From: Macrostomum lignano
Lineage: Eukaryota
Assembly: GCA_002269645.1 (NCBI GenBank)
Contig: NIVC01000916.1
Coordinates: forward strand, 124,001 to 188,000
DNA length: 64,000 bases
Reading direction: 5' to 3'
Within the stretch, counting starts at the first letter, position 1. Each line of letters opens with the position of its first letter. Shown piece after piece: positions 36,405 to 56,660 of the stretch. Both the position numbers and the translations under genes were made by a program. Below the pieces are notes generated by a model. It did not search any database, was not told where the DNA came from, and saw nothing but the letters and a program-made list of their open reading frames with translations.

Positions 36405-38886
36405 ATGCCCGCAGCCGCTCAGACAGTAGTCCAGCTGCTCATGCTGGTGTCGGTGCTGACACAGGCGCCGACAGCCGAGGCGCTGACAGCGGACGAGAAG
36501 CAGCAGCTGCACAGCCGCATGGAGGCCGAGTGCGGCCAGCTGCGACCCGAGAAGTCTGCGCTGCCCAGCGCCAAAGCGCTGAGCCAGGCGCCGCCACCCG
36601 CGTGCGTCACCTGCGCCCAGCCGCTGGCGAAGGCGGCCATTGGGGCCTCCAAGCTTCCAAGCATTGTGTTTATACAAGCTGTACAAAGCCCTTCGCGCAA
36701 TTCCAGCGGCTGACACACAAGCGGCCACCAACGCAAACGAGGAAAATGATCTTGTTGGTCTAACATCTTGATTTGTCAGTTTCAATAGGAAGAAAGGTGT
36801 GACGGATGTGACAATGGGAATAAATAAAATATGAAAGAGAAAGCCAAGATTGTAAATGAAGTTCAAACTGAGTGAAAGAAAAATATGCAGCTAGAAAAGG
36901 AGAGGGCGGATAGGAGGGAGCGGATAAAGGCAGAGGCGTATAAAAGTTTAGAGCGGATAGAGAGAGAGGGCGGGTAGGTGAGCAGCGAATAGAGAGTGAG
37001 GAGCGGATAGAGGGAGGTGCAGATAAAGAGGGAGGGGCAGATAGAGAGGATAGACAGTGAGGAGAGGAGAGGGAGGGGCGGATAGAGGGAAGGGGCGTAT
37101 AGAGGGAGGGGAGGGTAGAGGGAGGGGAGGATGGAGGGAAGGGCGTATAGAGGGAGGGGCGGATAGAGGGAGGGGCGGATAGAGGGAGGGGCGGATAGAG
37201 TGGGGGGGATAGAGGGAGGGGCGGATAGAGGGAAGGGGCGTATAGAGGGAGGGGAGGGTAGAGGGAGGGGAGGATGGAGGGAAGGGCGTATAGAGGGAGG
37301 GGCGGATAGAGGGAGGGGCGGATAGGGAGGGATAGAGGGAGGGGCGGATAGAGGGAGGGCGGATAGAGTATAGAGGGCAGGATAGAGTGAGGGGCAGGAT
37401 AGAGGGAGGGCAGGATAGAGGGAGGGCGGATAGAGGGAGGGGCGGATAGAGGGAGGGGCGGATAGAGTGAGGGGCGGATAGAGGGAGGGGCGGATAGAGG
37501 GAGGGGCGGATAGAGTAGGGGAGGATAGAGGGAGGGGAGGATAGAGGGAGGGGCAGGATAGAGTGAGGGGCAGGATAGAGGGAGGGGAGGATAGAGGGAG
37601 GGGCGGATAGAGGGAGGGGCGGATAGAGGGAGGGGCGGATAGAGGGATGGGCGGATAGAGGGAGGGGCGGATAGAGTAAGGGGCAGATAGAGTGAGGGGA
37701 GGATAGAGGGAGGGCAGGATAGAGGGAGGGGCGGATAGAGGGAGGGGTGGATAGAGTGAGGGGCGGATAGAGGGAGGGGCGGATAGAGGGAGGGGTGGAT
37801 AGAGTGAGGGGCGGATAGAGGGAGGGGCGGATAGAGGGAAGGGGCGGATAGAGTGAGGGGAGGATAGAGGGAGGGGAGAGTGAGGGAGCGGATAGAGGGA
37901 GGGGAGGATAGAGGGAGGGGTGGATAGAGTGAGGGGCGGATAGAGGGAGGGGCGGATAGAGGGAGGGGCGGATAGAGGGAGGGGTGGATAGAGGGAGGGG
38001 AGGATAGAGGGAGGGGCGGATAGAGGGAGGGGTGGATAGAGGGAGGGGTGGATAGAGGGAGGGGCGGATAGAGGGAGGGGCGGATAGAGGGAGGGGAGGA
38101 TAGAGGGAGGGGCGGATAGAGGGAGGGGTGGATAGAGGGAGGGGAGGATAGAGGGAGGGGCGGATAGAGGGAGGGGTGGATAGAGGGAGGGGTGGATAGA
38201 GGGAGGGGCGGATAGAGGGAGGGGTGGATAGAGGGAGGGGAGGATAGAGAGAGGGGCGGATAGAGGGAGGGATGGATAGAGGGAGGGGAGGATAGAGGGA
38301 AGGGTGGATAGAGGGAGGGGTGGATAGAGTGAGGGGCGGATAGAGGGAGGGGCGGATAGAGGGAGGGGCGGATAGAGGGAGGGGTGGATAGAGGGAGGGG
38401 TGGATAGAGTGAGGGGCGGATAGAGGGAGGGGCGGATAGAGGGAGGGGCGGATAGAGGGAGGGGTGGATAGAGGGAGGGGTGGATAGAGGGAGGGGAGGA
38501 TAGAGGGAGGGGTGGATAGAGGGAGGGGTGGATAGAGGGAGGGGCGGATAGAGGGAGGGGCGGATAGAGGGAGGGGTGGATAGAGGGAGGGGCGGATAGA
38601 GGGAGGGGCCGATAGAGGGAGGGGTGGATAGAGGTGGTGAAATAGGAGAGGAATAGGTGTAAAGCGTTGCTCCTGCAATACATGTAGACTAGGCTTGAAT
38701 TTCTGTACAAAACAGGCCGACACGATCGGGCGCACCCTGTGCCCAGCTGCAGGTGCATGCAACAAGCAAATCCCAGAGTGCGTGGCCTCAGCGGTGATGC
38801 CCTGGCTCAGCGGTGAAGCGTCAGCTGACAAAAATAAATCAGCGCAAAGCCTTAAACAGCGCAATAATAGCGCAAATATGTTTTAG
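36405..38886 (+). CDS. Putative small secreted cysteine-rich protein (orphan)
   Basis: 5' exon ends with donor AACAG|GTAAAG at 35864/5; acceptor CCCCAG at 36402 sits just before ATG 36405. Strong GC3 codon bias, a signal-peptide-like N-terminus ([19 protein letters not shown]) and a CVTC motif. Candidate last exon 38716-38886 ([23 protein letters not shown]). The donor of the first coding exon was not identified, so it may instead end at TGA 36713. Confidence 0.5.
36950..38635. repeat. 16-bp purine-rich minisatellite (CGGATAGAGGGAGGGG)n, ~100 copies
   Basis: Direct inspection; source of the [12 protein letters not shown] ORFs. Confidence 0.95.
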
Positions 38887-39318
38887 TGCACAAATTATAT
38901 ATGAAGGCCAGCTGGCCAGCATGAGATGGACACCAACAATGCTGTATTTATATAGCAAGATGCACTATAGGTGAAATGTAATAATGACTGAGCGTATAAT
39001 AATAATAATACTAAATAATAATAAACACGCGGCCTAACCGATCAGCTGATTGTAAATGTATATAAAAGTTACTAATAAAAAAAATTAATATTTACCGGAC
39101 ACAAAAAGCACCATTGAGGCCTGTGAATAAAGGATTGCACCGTTAAGATACAAAAAAGGATTAGAAAATGCTGCACAAGTTCCAGACTTATAGGAGACTA
39201 AATTGACAATAGTAAAATTGAGCCTTGACTAAATAATGACTGATCAATTTTCATAGCAAACATAGGCAGGAATTTGAGCACAGATTTGTCAGTACACTCG
39301 CATTGGCAGCAACTGTGC

Positions 39319-47470
<8,152 letters not shown>

Positions 47471-49933
47471 TGTGCCAGCTCAGGAACGTGCAAGGCTTTC
47501 TGTTATACCTTTGTAAGATTGGTGTGGACTGCTTAGCCATGCCTCAGATAGATAGGAAAGTGCTCCCAATCGCTTGATAGTACTTGTACTTTAATTTGCT
47601 CACAGGTGCCACTTTTTTTAACGAATTCAGTATATTGCTTTTAAACAGTAAGTGTCCTAATGCTTATACTATATTGCAGAATGACTCAATTTGAAGAAGA
47701 CCATTTTAATCAAGCCCTGATATGCCATTGGATAAAGAAATGAACAAAAGAAGAAACTGAATCGTCTAGATCAAGTGAGACTTCTTTTGTGGGTACCTTC
47801 CTCTAGTTAGCACTTTCTCAGTTTTTAGACAACACATTCTTTAGATGAAATATTTGTTATATCTAAATGGCAGGTCACAATAACAGAAAAACTTGGTCTT
47901 TCTATAGGGAAAAGTCCAACTTTTAGAAAACCAAGATCAAGGAACATGGACAATGGTATAAATTTACCATGAAAAATCTACTAACAAATGACAATGTAAA
48001 TTTTTAGTCCCAGGTTCAAGAATGTTTGCCATAAAATATCACCATAAATCTGCTTTCAAAGGACTATTAAATAAGAAAAACAAAAGTTAATGGAAGCCAT
48101 TTCAATTTATAGTCTAAGGGGCACCTACAAAATAAATATACTTGCAATAGAAAACTAATGACACATTTTGTTCAAAAGTGACATTTTTTGTCAAATCATT
48201 TTACAATTACAATTTAACAATTACCATTTCTAAAAAAAACAAGTTTAAGACAAGTACAAGTTTAATAGTTGTGTGTCCCTCCTTGGCAAATGCTTTTTAT
48301 GTTTCCATTCATACATGCGCAACCTCCAAAATTCTGTCTGCCGTGTGACTTAGTTTTTAACAAAAATGCGACTTGCATGTAAAAAACCAAAATTAACGCA
48401 ACATTGGGTAAACGGCAGGAGTAACTATGACTGTCTTATTGATCCAAAATGCCTCGCCAGCTACTTAGTTCTATTACTTAGGTTTTCCGAGTGGGCATTT
48501 TTTTGACTTCCTAGGTTGGCCGCTAGATCGGTCAGCCGATCAGTTGGCCAGATTGGTCAGCCGATCAGTCAGCCAGATCAGCCGACTGTTGCACATGTAT
48601 GTTTCTATTTTATTTCAGGTTGAAATAGCCAACAATGCTAGTATGCATGCCATAGTGTTACTTTAGCATAAATCTGATTGTTGCACAAGTGTATTTTAAT
48701 CAGAAGAGGCTATTGGATTTTTGTGATGTTTATGGTATTGAATATTTCAGTTTGACTCTTGCTATTTACTTACTCTATTACTTTTTAAAAGAAGACAGTA
48801 CATTTTCTTACAGCTATAAGCCAGATTCAAATATAAAATCATATATGCACTTTAATATAACAAGCCTGACCAATATATTCTAACTCATTACAACATAACA
48901 ATTTTGTTATTTACATTCTAGAATTTCTAGAAATTTCTATAGGTATTTTCTCTTAATGCAAATATATTTAATCATGGCAATAGCAATGCTTTTTCTTAGA
49001 TAAATTAGATATCTAAGTTTTGTTGACTTTAAAAACATATATAAGTTTAATTTATTTGCTAACTAGTTGTCATGAATAGAAATAAATAATTTTAGAATTT
49101 AATAAATTTTTAAATAGACATTGTTCTTTAAGAATATTGTTAAATATGAGTAAAAATACTTTTTATTTTATAGGCATTTTAGCAAAAGCTAGGCCTAGGC
49201 CCTACTAATAGGGGCCAGCTACTCTACATAAGTATTAGCATGTATAGGTGCTAAGTTAATTGGCCAATTGAGATTCAATTGGATATGCATCTCCAAAAGA
49301 TTATAAAAACTAAGCTAGAGGCTATTTGGAATATCCAAGCTTAGTTAAGCCTAATACTTTGAGCAATGTATCAATATACCAAACTCTATTCGTCTAGCAA
49401 GTTTGAAGGTCACTTTGATAGCCACCTTAGTAGATTGTTCAACTTGTAAAGATATTTTTGAATAGGGCCTAGTTCAAGTATTTGGCCTATTAATTAATAC
49501 TGGTATAGATAGCTAGGCCTATAAATTATTTTAAAATAATAGTCAAATAGAGTAACTAATAATCCTTAGGCTTATGCTTAGCTAATATTCTTAATAAGGA
49601 AAAGTCTTTTTAGCTAGTAATAAGCTATAATATAAAATCAAATTTTTTGCTCAGGCCAGGGCCTAGGCTGAATATAGAATTGATAAAAATGATTGCCTAA
49701 GGATAAACAGCATATAACATATAAGAAATAGGCCTGGCCCTAAGTAAGTTACAAGTCATACATAGTAACATAGTCATAAGACATAAGCATTAAAAATGGC
49801 AGTCATTATTTACCATCCCATGTAAATATTTTTGGTGTTATTTACACACAGGTGACACGGTACTGAAAAGTCTTTATAAATATATAGTTATCCTATCAAT
49901 GGCCTGAGATAGTGTCAGCCGACATTGTACCAT

Positions 49934-50314
49934 GGGGTCTCCCTAAAACACGCCCCGCACCGCCCTGCAGCGCTACACATTAAAACAAATTGGACTATAA
50001 CTGAAGACACTTCAAAATGCGTTTTCTGTTAAGCTTCAAAGTTTTTATTAAATTAAGTTTTTTTACTATGAAATATAAAATTCGGTGAATAATAAGTGAT
50101 ATTATTAATAATTAATAAAAAATGAAAACAAGAATATAAAAAATAATAACAATATTTATAATAATAATTAAAGATATTTATAATAATAATTAAAGATATT
50201 TATTCCATTACTCGTACAACGAATAGTTTTCTTTACAATTAATTACTGCATTGACAAAAAATGTTATAATGTGTAGCGGTTCGGGGCGGTGCAGTGCGTG
50301 TTTTAGGGAGACCC
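49934..50314. mobile_element. ~380-bp MITE with ~48-bp imperfect terminal inverted repeats
   Basis: Left GGGGTCTCCCTAAAACACGCCCCGCACCGCCCTGCAGCGCTACACATT; right AATGTGTAGCGGTTCGGGGCGGTGCAGTGCGTGTTTTAGGGAGACCC. AT-rich interior. GTACCA lies on both flanks (1-nt offset on the left). Confidence 0.8.
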
Positions 50315-51309
50315 GTACCACAGCCCTGTTGACACGGATAAAGCCAAATTGAACATGATCGCTGACCGCCTTTAAGGCTGTTGCGAACAAGTTCTGTGTT
50401 CAAAGATCATGTTCGCAAGGCCTACTAAAGCCAACTAATATATTCAATCGGCTGGTAAAATTGCCGTCGATTTAAAATGAGCTAGGGGCCTAGACTATTA
50501 TAGTTTTAGGCTAGGGTAAGGTTAAGTACAAGAGTCGTTACAGTTTAATACTAAGCCTTTTCATTATTGTTAAGCATTAGCAAGTAGTTAATCTTTACTA
50601 GGCTTAGACACAACTGGACTAATTGACTAGGCCCTAATAGGCCTAGTTCAAAAAGCCACCTTTGATATAAAGTAACTAGGCCTATTTCATTGTTAGAATT
50701 GAATTGCACTGTAATATATAGTAAATATAGGCCAATTGACTTGTTCTGGTCTACTTTAGAATAATGGCAGGGATATATTATCTTTAGTTAAAAGGCTAGG
50801 ATAGGCTATTAATGACTAGATATAAGTTGATAAGTTCTTTCTAATCTATATCTGGGCTTCTTGCTATTTTGGTTGAAATTTATAGAGCCTAGGCCTATAC
50901 GCCTATATAGCATATGCTAGGCCTATGACTAGTATAGCCTATAGGTTTTTATTGTAGCCATATAAAGGTAGGACAGACTAGGTCTAATCAAGTGTTATAT
51001 ATTATATAGACATATAGCTCATATAGCTAGGTAGCTACTTTAGGCTATAAAAAGTTTTTGTTATTAATATTAGTGCTAGTAAATTATTTGTAGGGCCTAG
51101 GCCTATATTAAACAATTATAGTTCTAATTCTAGTATACCATAAAATAAACATTTTAAATATTTTTTTAATACAAGCCTAGTCTATTACTTTGTCTTTCAT
51201 TAAAAAATTGAATAAAAAAGTTTTGCTTACTAAGCCCAAGGCTTAGCTAGGTGGGGCCTATTATTCTTTTGAAATAATCTTTTATGATTATCTTACCTAG
51301 TTAGACTAG

Positions 51310-54172
51310 GCTAGTTTACCCCACTTAGTCTACTCTAATAAGGCTTCTCTATCTAGGTTATTTTTCTTTGGCTAGCCTTTATAATTATCCCTTAAGGATA
51401 GATCTAAAAAAATTGCAGGCAACAAACTATACTAAGCAACTATAACCTAAAATTATAAAATAGACCTTGGCCAAAATATATGTCACAGAGTTTTTAATCC
51501 ATAGTTAAGGGAGATATCATGGCTATGGCCCCTTGGGACCTTTGGATCTATCCTTGCTATCTCTTCTAGGTTGCCTTTCTAGGCACTCCCCTCTAGACTA
51601 TCTAGGCCATCTATTCTAGGCTATTCTTCTTAGGTAGTCCTTCTAGGCTGTCTTTCCTAGGTAGCCCTCCTAGACAGCTCCTCTAGGCTATCTCTCCTAC
51701 TTTACCTTTCCCAGACAGCCCTGTTAGGCTACTCCTCTATGGCTACCCTTCCTATTCAACCCCTCGGGCTTCTTCTTATTCTACCTCTCCCATTCTACCC
51801 CTCCCAGACTACCCCTCCCATTCTACCCTTCCCAGGCAGCCCTCCCATTCTACCCCTCCCATTCTACCCTTCTCAGGCTACCCTTCCCAGGCAGCCTTCC
51901 CATTCTACCCCTCCCATTCTACCCCTCCCATTATACCCCTCCCAGGCTACCTTTCCTAGGCTACCCTTCCCAGGCTACCCTTCCCAGGCTACCCTTCCCA
52001 GGCTACCCTTCCCAGGCTACCTCTCCCATGCTACCCTTCCCAGGTAGCCCTCCCATTCTACCCCTCCCAGGCTACCCTTCCCATTCTACCCCTCACAGGC
52101 TACCCTTCCCAGGCTACCCTTCCCAGGCTAACCCTTCCCAGGCTACCTCTCCCATTCTACCCTTCCCAGGCCACCTCTCCCATTCTACCCTTCCCAGGCT
52201 ACCCTTCCCAGGCTACCCTTCCTAGGCTACCCTTCCCATTCTACCCTTCCCAGGCTACCCTTCCCATTCTACCCTTCCCAGGCTACCCTTCCCAGGCTAC
52301 CCTTCCCAGGCTACCCTTCCCAGGCTACCCTTCCCAGGCTACCCTTCCCAGGCTACCCTTCCCAGGCTACCTCTCCCATGCTACCCTTCCCAGGCAGCCC
52401 TCCCATTCTACCCTTCCCATTCTACCCTTCCCATTCTACCCCTCCCAGGCTACCCTTCCCATTCTACCCCTCACAGGCTACCCTTCCCAGGCTACCCTTC
52501 CCAGGCTAACCCTTCCCAGGCTACCTCTCCCATTCTACCCTTCCCAGGCTACCTCTCCCATTCTACCCTTCCCAGGCTACCCTTCCCAGGCTACCCTTCC
52601 CAGGCTAACCCTTCCCATTCTACCCTTCCCAGGCTACCCTTCCCAGGCTAGCCCTCCCAGGATAACCATCCGAGGATACCCTTCCCAGTGAGCTCTCAGC
52701 TCTCCCAAGCTACCCTGTCCAGTTTACCCCTCCCACTATACTCTTCCCAAGCTACTTCTCCTATGCAACCCTCCCAGGCTACCCCTGCTACTCTACCCCT
52801 CTCAGGCTACCCCTTCCATCACAACCTCTTCCAGGCTCTCTCCCAGGCTACCCTTCCTACTCAAACCATCAGGCTCCTCTTTCCTACTCTTCCCCTTTTA
52901 CTCTACACCTCCCAGGCGAACCTTCCCAGGCAGCCCTCCCAGCCTACCCACCCCTCCCAGGCAGCCCTCCCAGCGTACCCCTCCCAGCTTACCCATCCCA
53001 GGCAGCCCTCCCTGCCTACCCCTCCCAGGCAGCCCTCCTAGCGTACCCCTCCCATCCTACCCCTCCCAGACAGCCCTCTCAGCCTACCCACCCCTCCCAG
53101 GCAGCCCTCCCAGCGTACCCCTCCCAGCTTACCCCTCCCAGGCAGCCCTCCCTGCCTACCCCTCCTAGGCAGCCCTCCCTGCCTACCCCTCCCAGACAGC
53201 GCTCCGAGACTACCCACCCCTCCCAGGCAGCCCTCCCAGCGTACCCCTCCCAGCTTACCCCTCCCAGGCAGCCCTCCCAGCCTACCCCTCCCAGCCTACC
53301 CCTCCCAGCCTACCCCTCCCAGCCTACCCCTCCCAGCCTACCCCTCCCAGCCTACCCCTCCCAGCCTACCCCTCCTAGGCAGCGCTCCGAGACTACCCCT
53401 CCCAGGCAGCGCTCCGAGACTACCCCTCCTACTCTACCCCTCCCAGGCAACCACTTCCAGGCTATCTCCCACTGTGCCCCTGTGTACTGTCTCCATTTAT
53501 GTTCGAAACTGAGAAGATTGTTTCGTTTTGGTATTATTTAAAAAGATAATGCATCATTATTTACTTCAGACGCTTCACTCTCATTATTTCAGGTGCGTAC
53601 ATGCGAGTCAGCTAACGCTGACGCCGCACTTAGTATTCGGCTTTCCAACGGGGAACTGTGCGTTTATGAAAGCCATTTGGGATTTGGGATGCCAGAAAAG
53701 AAATTCTATTTTGCAAGGATCCGATGAATGCTGCCGCTTCGGCTGCAGTGACCACCGGCTCAAGCGGAGGACGATCGCAGGACTGTTTGCTGCCTGCCAC
53801 TTCGGCTGCAGTGACCACCGGCTCAAGCGGAGGACGATCGCAGGACTGTTTGCTGCCTGCCGCTTGCTGCAGTGACCACCGGCTCAAGCGGAGGACGATC
53901 GCAGGACTTTTTGCTGCCTGCCACTTCGGCTGCAGTGACCACCGGCTCAAGCGGAGGACGATCGCAGGACTTTTTGCTGCCTGCCACTTCGGCTGCAGTG
54001 ACCACCGGCTCAAGCGGAGGACGATCGCAGGACTTTTTGCTGCCTGCCACTTCGGCTGCAGTGACCACCGGCTCAAGCGGAGGACGATCGCAGGACTGTT
54101 TGCTGCCTGCCACTTCGGCTGCAGTGACGGCCGGCTCAAGCGGAGGAAGATCGCTGCTCCGCGTGCTATCAT
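51310..54172 (+). repeat. Left arm of giant inverted repeat (outer AT-rich part, 10/20-bp CTACCCTTCCCAGG array 51760-53460, unique segment, 63-bp array 53735-54145)
   Basis: Reverse complement of 60817-64000; inner junction TCGCTGCTCCGCGTGCTATCAT. The outer limit is set by the window end on the other arm. Confidence 0.92.
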
Positions 54173-54930
54173 TCGGTTCCGAGACAACCGTAACGAACAG
54201 TGGCAAAGTGAGGGTTATTTAAAAAACTATGGTTATGACCTGAACGATTGTCTGAAGTGATGCGCGTTCGTGTGACTCACACCCTGGCGATGCGCAGTCC
54301 TGTACCAGCGGTTTGTAGTTGCTGTGTAGCTAAAGTTTCTGCGGGCAGCTCTATGTTGCGCGCATTACTTCCATTGTTTTTGCGTAGCTGCAAAAATTTA
54401 TTCTATCCAAGCGGCACATTACCTTTGCGTTTATTGAGAGCTGTAATTTTTTTATCCGAATAACAAATAAAAAAGCTTTTTTCTCGATCGATGTCACCCC
54501 GGTAATTTGGCTGTTGCGCCACGCATTTTCGCGCATATTTGAAAGTGTCCGAAGTCGCCCAAGTATTTTTCACTTCGCGTTACACTTATTTCAGAAATTT
54601 CGCTCGCGCAAAAGAATTGATTAGATCGCAAGTCGCAGAGTGAAGTTTGGATCGCGGCGGCCTGAAAATTCTCTTATTCTGCTCAAAATGTTAAACTTTC
54701 CTTAGCTAATGGCAAACTATCCACATAGTCTGGCTTATTTGCTACCTCAAGTAAGCTAGGTTTAAAAATATCATTAAAGTTGGGTTGCATGAACAAGCGC
54801 GCACTAGCAAAAGCAAGCACGGCTAGAATGGAGATTAGCACAAGAGCGTATTGACACTGACGCAAGTATTTCACCTACATGTACATGTATGCTCAATCAT
54901 GAATAAGTGCCAGTATGCACACGAGTATGT

Positions 54931-55900
54931 TTGACTTAGCTGCAGAGGGCATCACCGAGGCGCAGGGGTGGGGGCCCCAGCTGGGCCCGGTCCAGAAGCG
55001 CGCCGGCGGAGCCAGCCTTGCCGGGATGGAAACCATAACATTGTGGGCCGGGATCCGCTTGAGCTCCACCTGGTTGCCCAGCGCAAGCCCATGGAGCCGG
55101 GCGTTGCAGTCCAGGGACAGATCTGGAGTTGGTGGTGCTGCAGCAGACGGCCAGAATGGCTGCTTGGCTGTCGGAGTGAAAAATAAATTTCTGACTGCAA
55201 GCTAAACTGCCTTCGACGCAGCTCTGCCACACAGAAGCTGATGGCAAGCACCTCGCTCTGAAAAACACTGGAATTGAGTCCCAGTGTGCTGCCATTAGGT
55301 AGTGATGTAACCGCACTTGTCGCCTGTCCGCTCCGTTGAGGGATGAACGCATGACTAGAGGGGGGCAATGACCGTAGGCTGCCTATGACCGGGCAATGAC
55401 CTGACGGACCTCCAGCACCAGACTGTCCCGCCCACATGATTGATAGCTTTGGTAGCGCTTCGTGACCAGAGGGCCAAGGACCCACATGGACCCCACCTGT
55501 AGCCAAGGTGCAATAGTTGGTCACTCGGTCATAGTATGACCGAGTGGCTGCCACCACTCTATGTGACCTGGCGCACCTGGATCTTACTACCAGACCTCTC
55601 GAGGCTAGAGCCTCGCCTTGGTTGGTTACCAGGGGATTTAGGCTAACAGGGGAGACATGCAGCCGAGTACAGGGACTCTGCTTGGGGCATGATCGGGAAC
55701 TCTGGGCTCAATCTGGAGGATTTCTCAGCAGGGGATCCTTTGTGGCTGTGAGCGAGGCTGACTTGCGACTTTGATTACTATCGAGTAGTATGAGGCGAAC
55801 ATGTACTGTCTATGGTTTAGATTGCTCAGGGCGAAGGGACGCGTCAGCATGGGGTGGCAACCTTCTTACTGCCATTCTGTGCCAAGACTCGCTAATTCCC
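54931..55900 (-). mobile_element. Decayed 3' portion of a non-LTR retrotransposon with RNase H domain
   Basis: RNase H-like motifs in three successive minus frames: NSSVFQSEVLAI, IFHSDSQAAILAV, VELKRIPAH (cf. SVFQAEVLAI, SDSQAAI, WIPAH of I/Loa/Nimb/R1-type elements). Frameshifts and stops present; the 5' limit is approximate. Confidence 0.75.
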
Positions 55901-56569
55901 TCTACTGCATGCACACACGGACCCGCCGCACGCACTCACACAGGCGGGCTTTGCACGGGGAAGGGCCACTTATCCAAACTTCCTTATGCTTCGCCACCCC
56001 GGGGAAAGGCTTAGCAAGCCATGTGTTAAATGATGGTGAAAGAGTGAATAATGATGAGGTTAGTTAATAGTTAATAATTAGGCCCTTAGGCAAATAATCA
56101 GGCAATTAAGCGGCTTCACTATTGAGTAAAAGTACAGAAAAAGATACGGTATCACAATTGGCTCAGCTCTCTAATCAAGCAATGGAAAATAGGCAAACCC
56201 CGGATAAGCAAAGGCAATTAGAGCACAAATCAGTAACAGGAACTTACCGGCAGCTGCACAGAGAGAGAGAGAGAGAGGCGGAGTGACCGAGGGCGGCTGT
56301 AGGCTGCAGTCAGGCGGACAGTGAAGCGGCGATGCGCTGAAGCGACAAGGCGCTGATGTAGATCAGGCGATGCTGATGTTGCTGGGCGGTATCAGACCGC
56401 TGGCCGATAGGCGAGCTCACTTTGGGAGCTAAGGTGACTTGGCGGTATCAGACAGCGGGCCGGCAGGGATTCGCCCTATAGACGAATAGGTCAGAGCTCC
56501 GTCTGACAGCAAGTCTAAAGAAAGACGAGGAGCCCGAAGGTTGAGGATTCTCATGCCAAAATCGCTTCC

Positions 56570-56660
56570 TTATATAGCCTTCCCAGCCACCGCTCCAAGA
56601 TCGTTACCATGACTCCCTCTCTCTGATTGGCTGCCGGCAGAATGACGTCAGAATGAGTCA
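56570..56660 (-). promoter_or_regulatory. Compact Pol II promoter: TATA (56570-56576), CCAAT (56626-56630), CRE TGACGTCA (56643-56650), AP-1 TGAGTCA (56654-56660)
   Basis: Four consensus motifs within 90 bp, with TATA and CCAAT in canonical order and spacing on the minus strand. A strong donor CCG|GTAAGT lies downstream at ~56246. No expression evidence. Confidence 0.55.

Noticed and set aside
53735-54145. 63-bp array as repeat-spacer array or coding repeat
   Set aside because: Units are near-identical throughout with no spacers, and the ORFs show no protein-like features.
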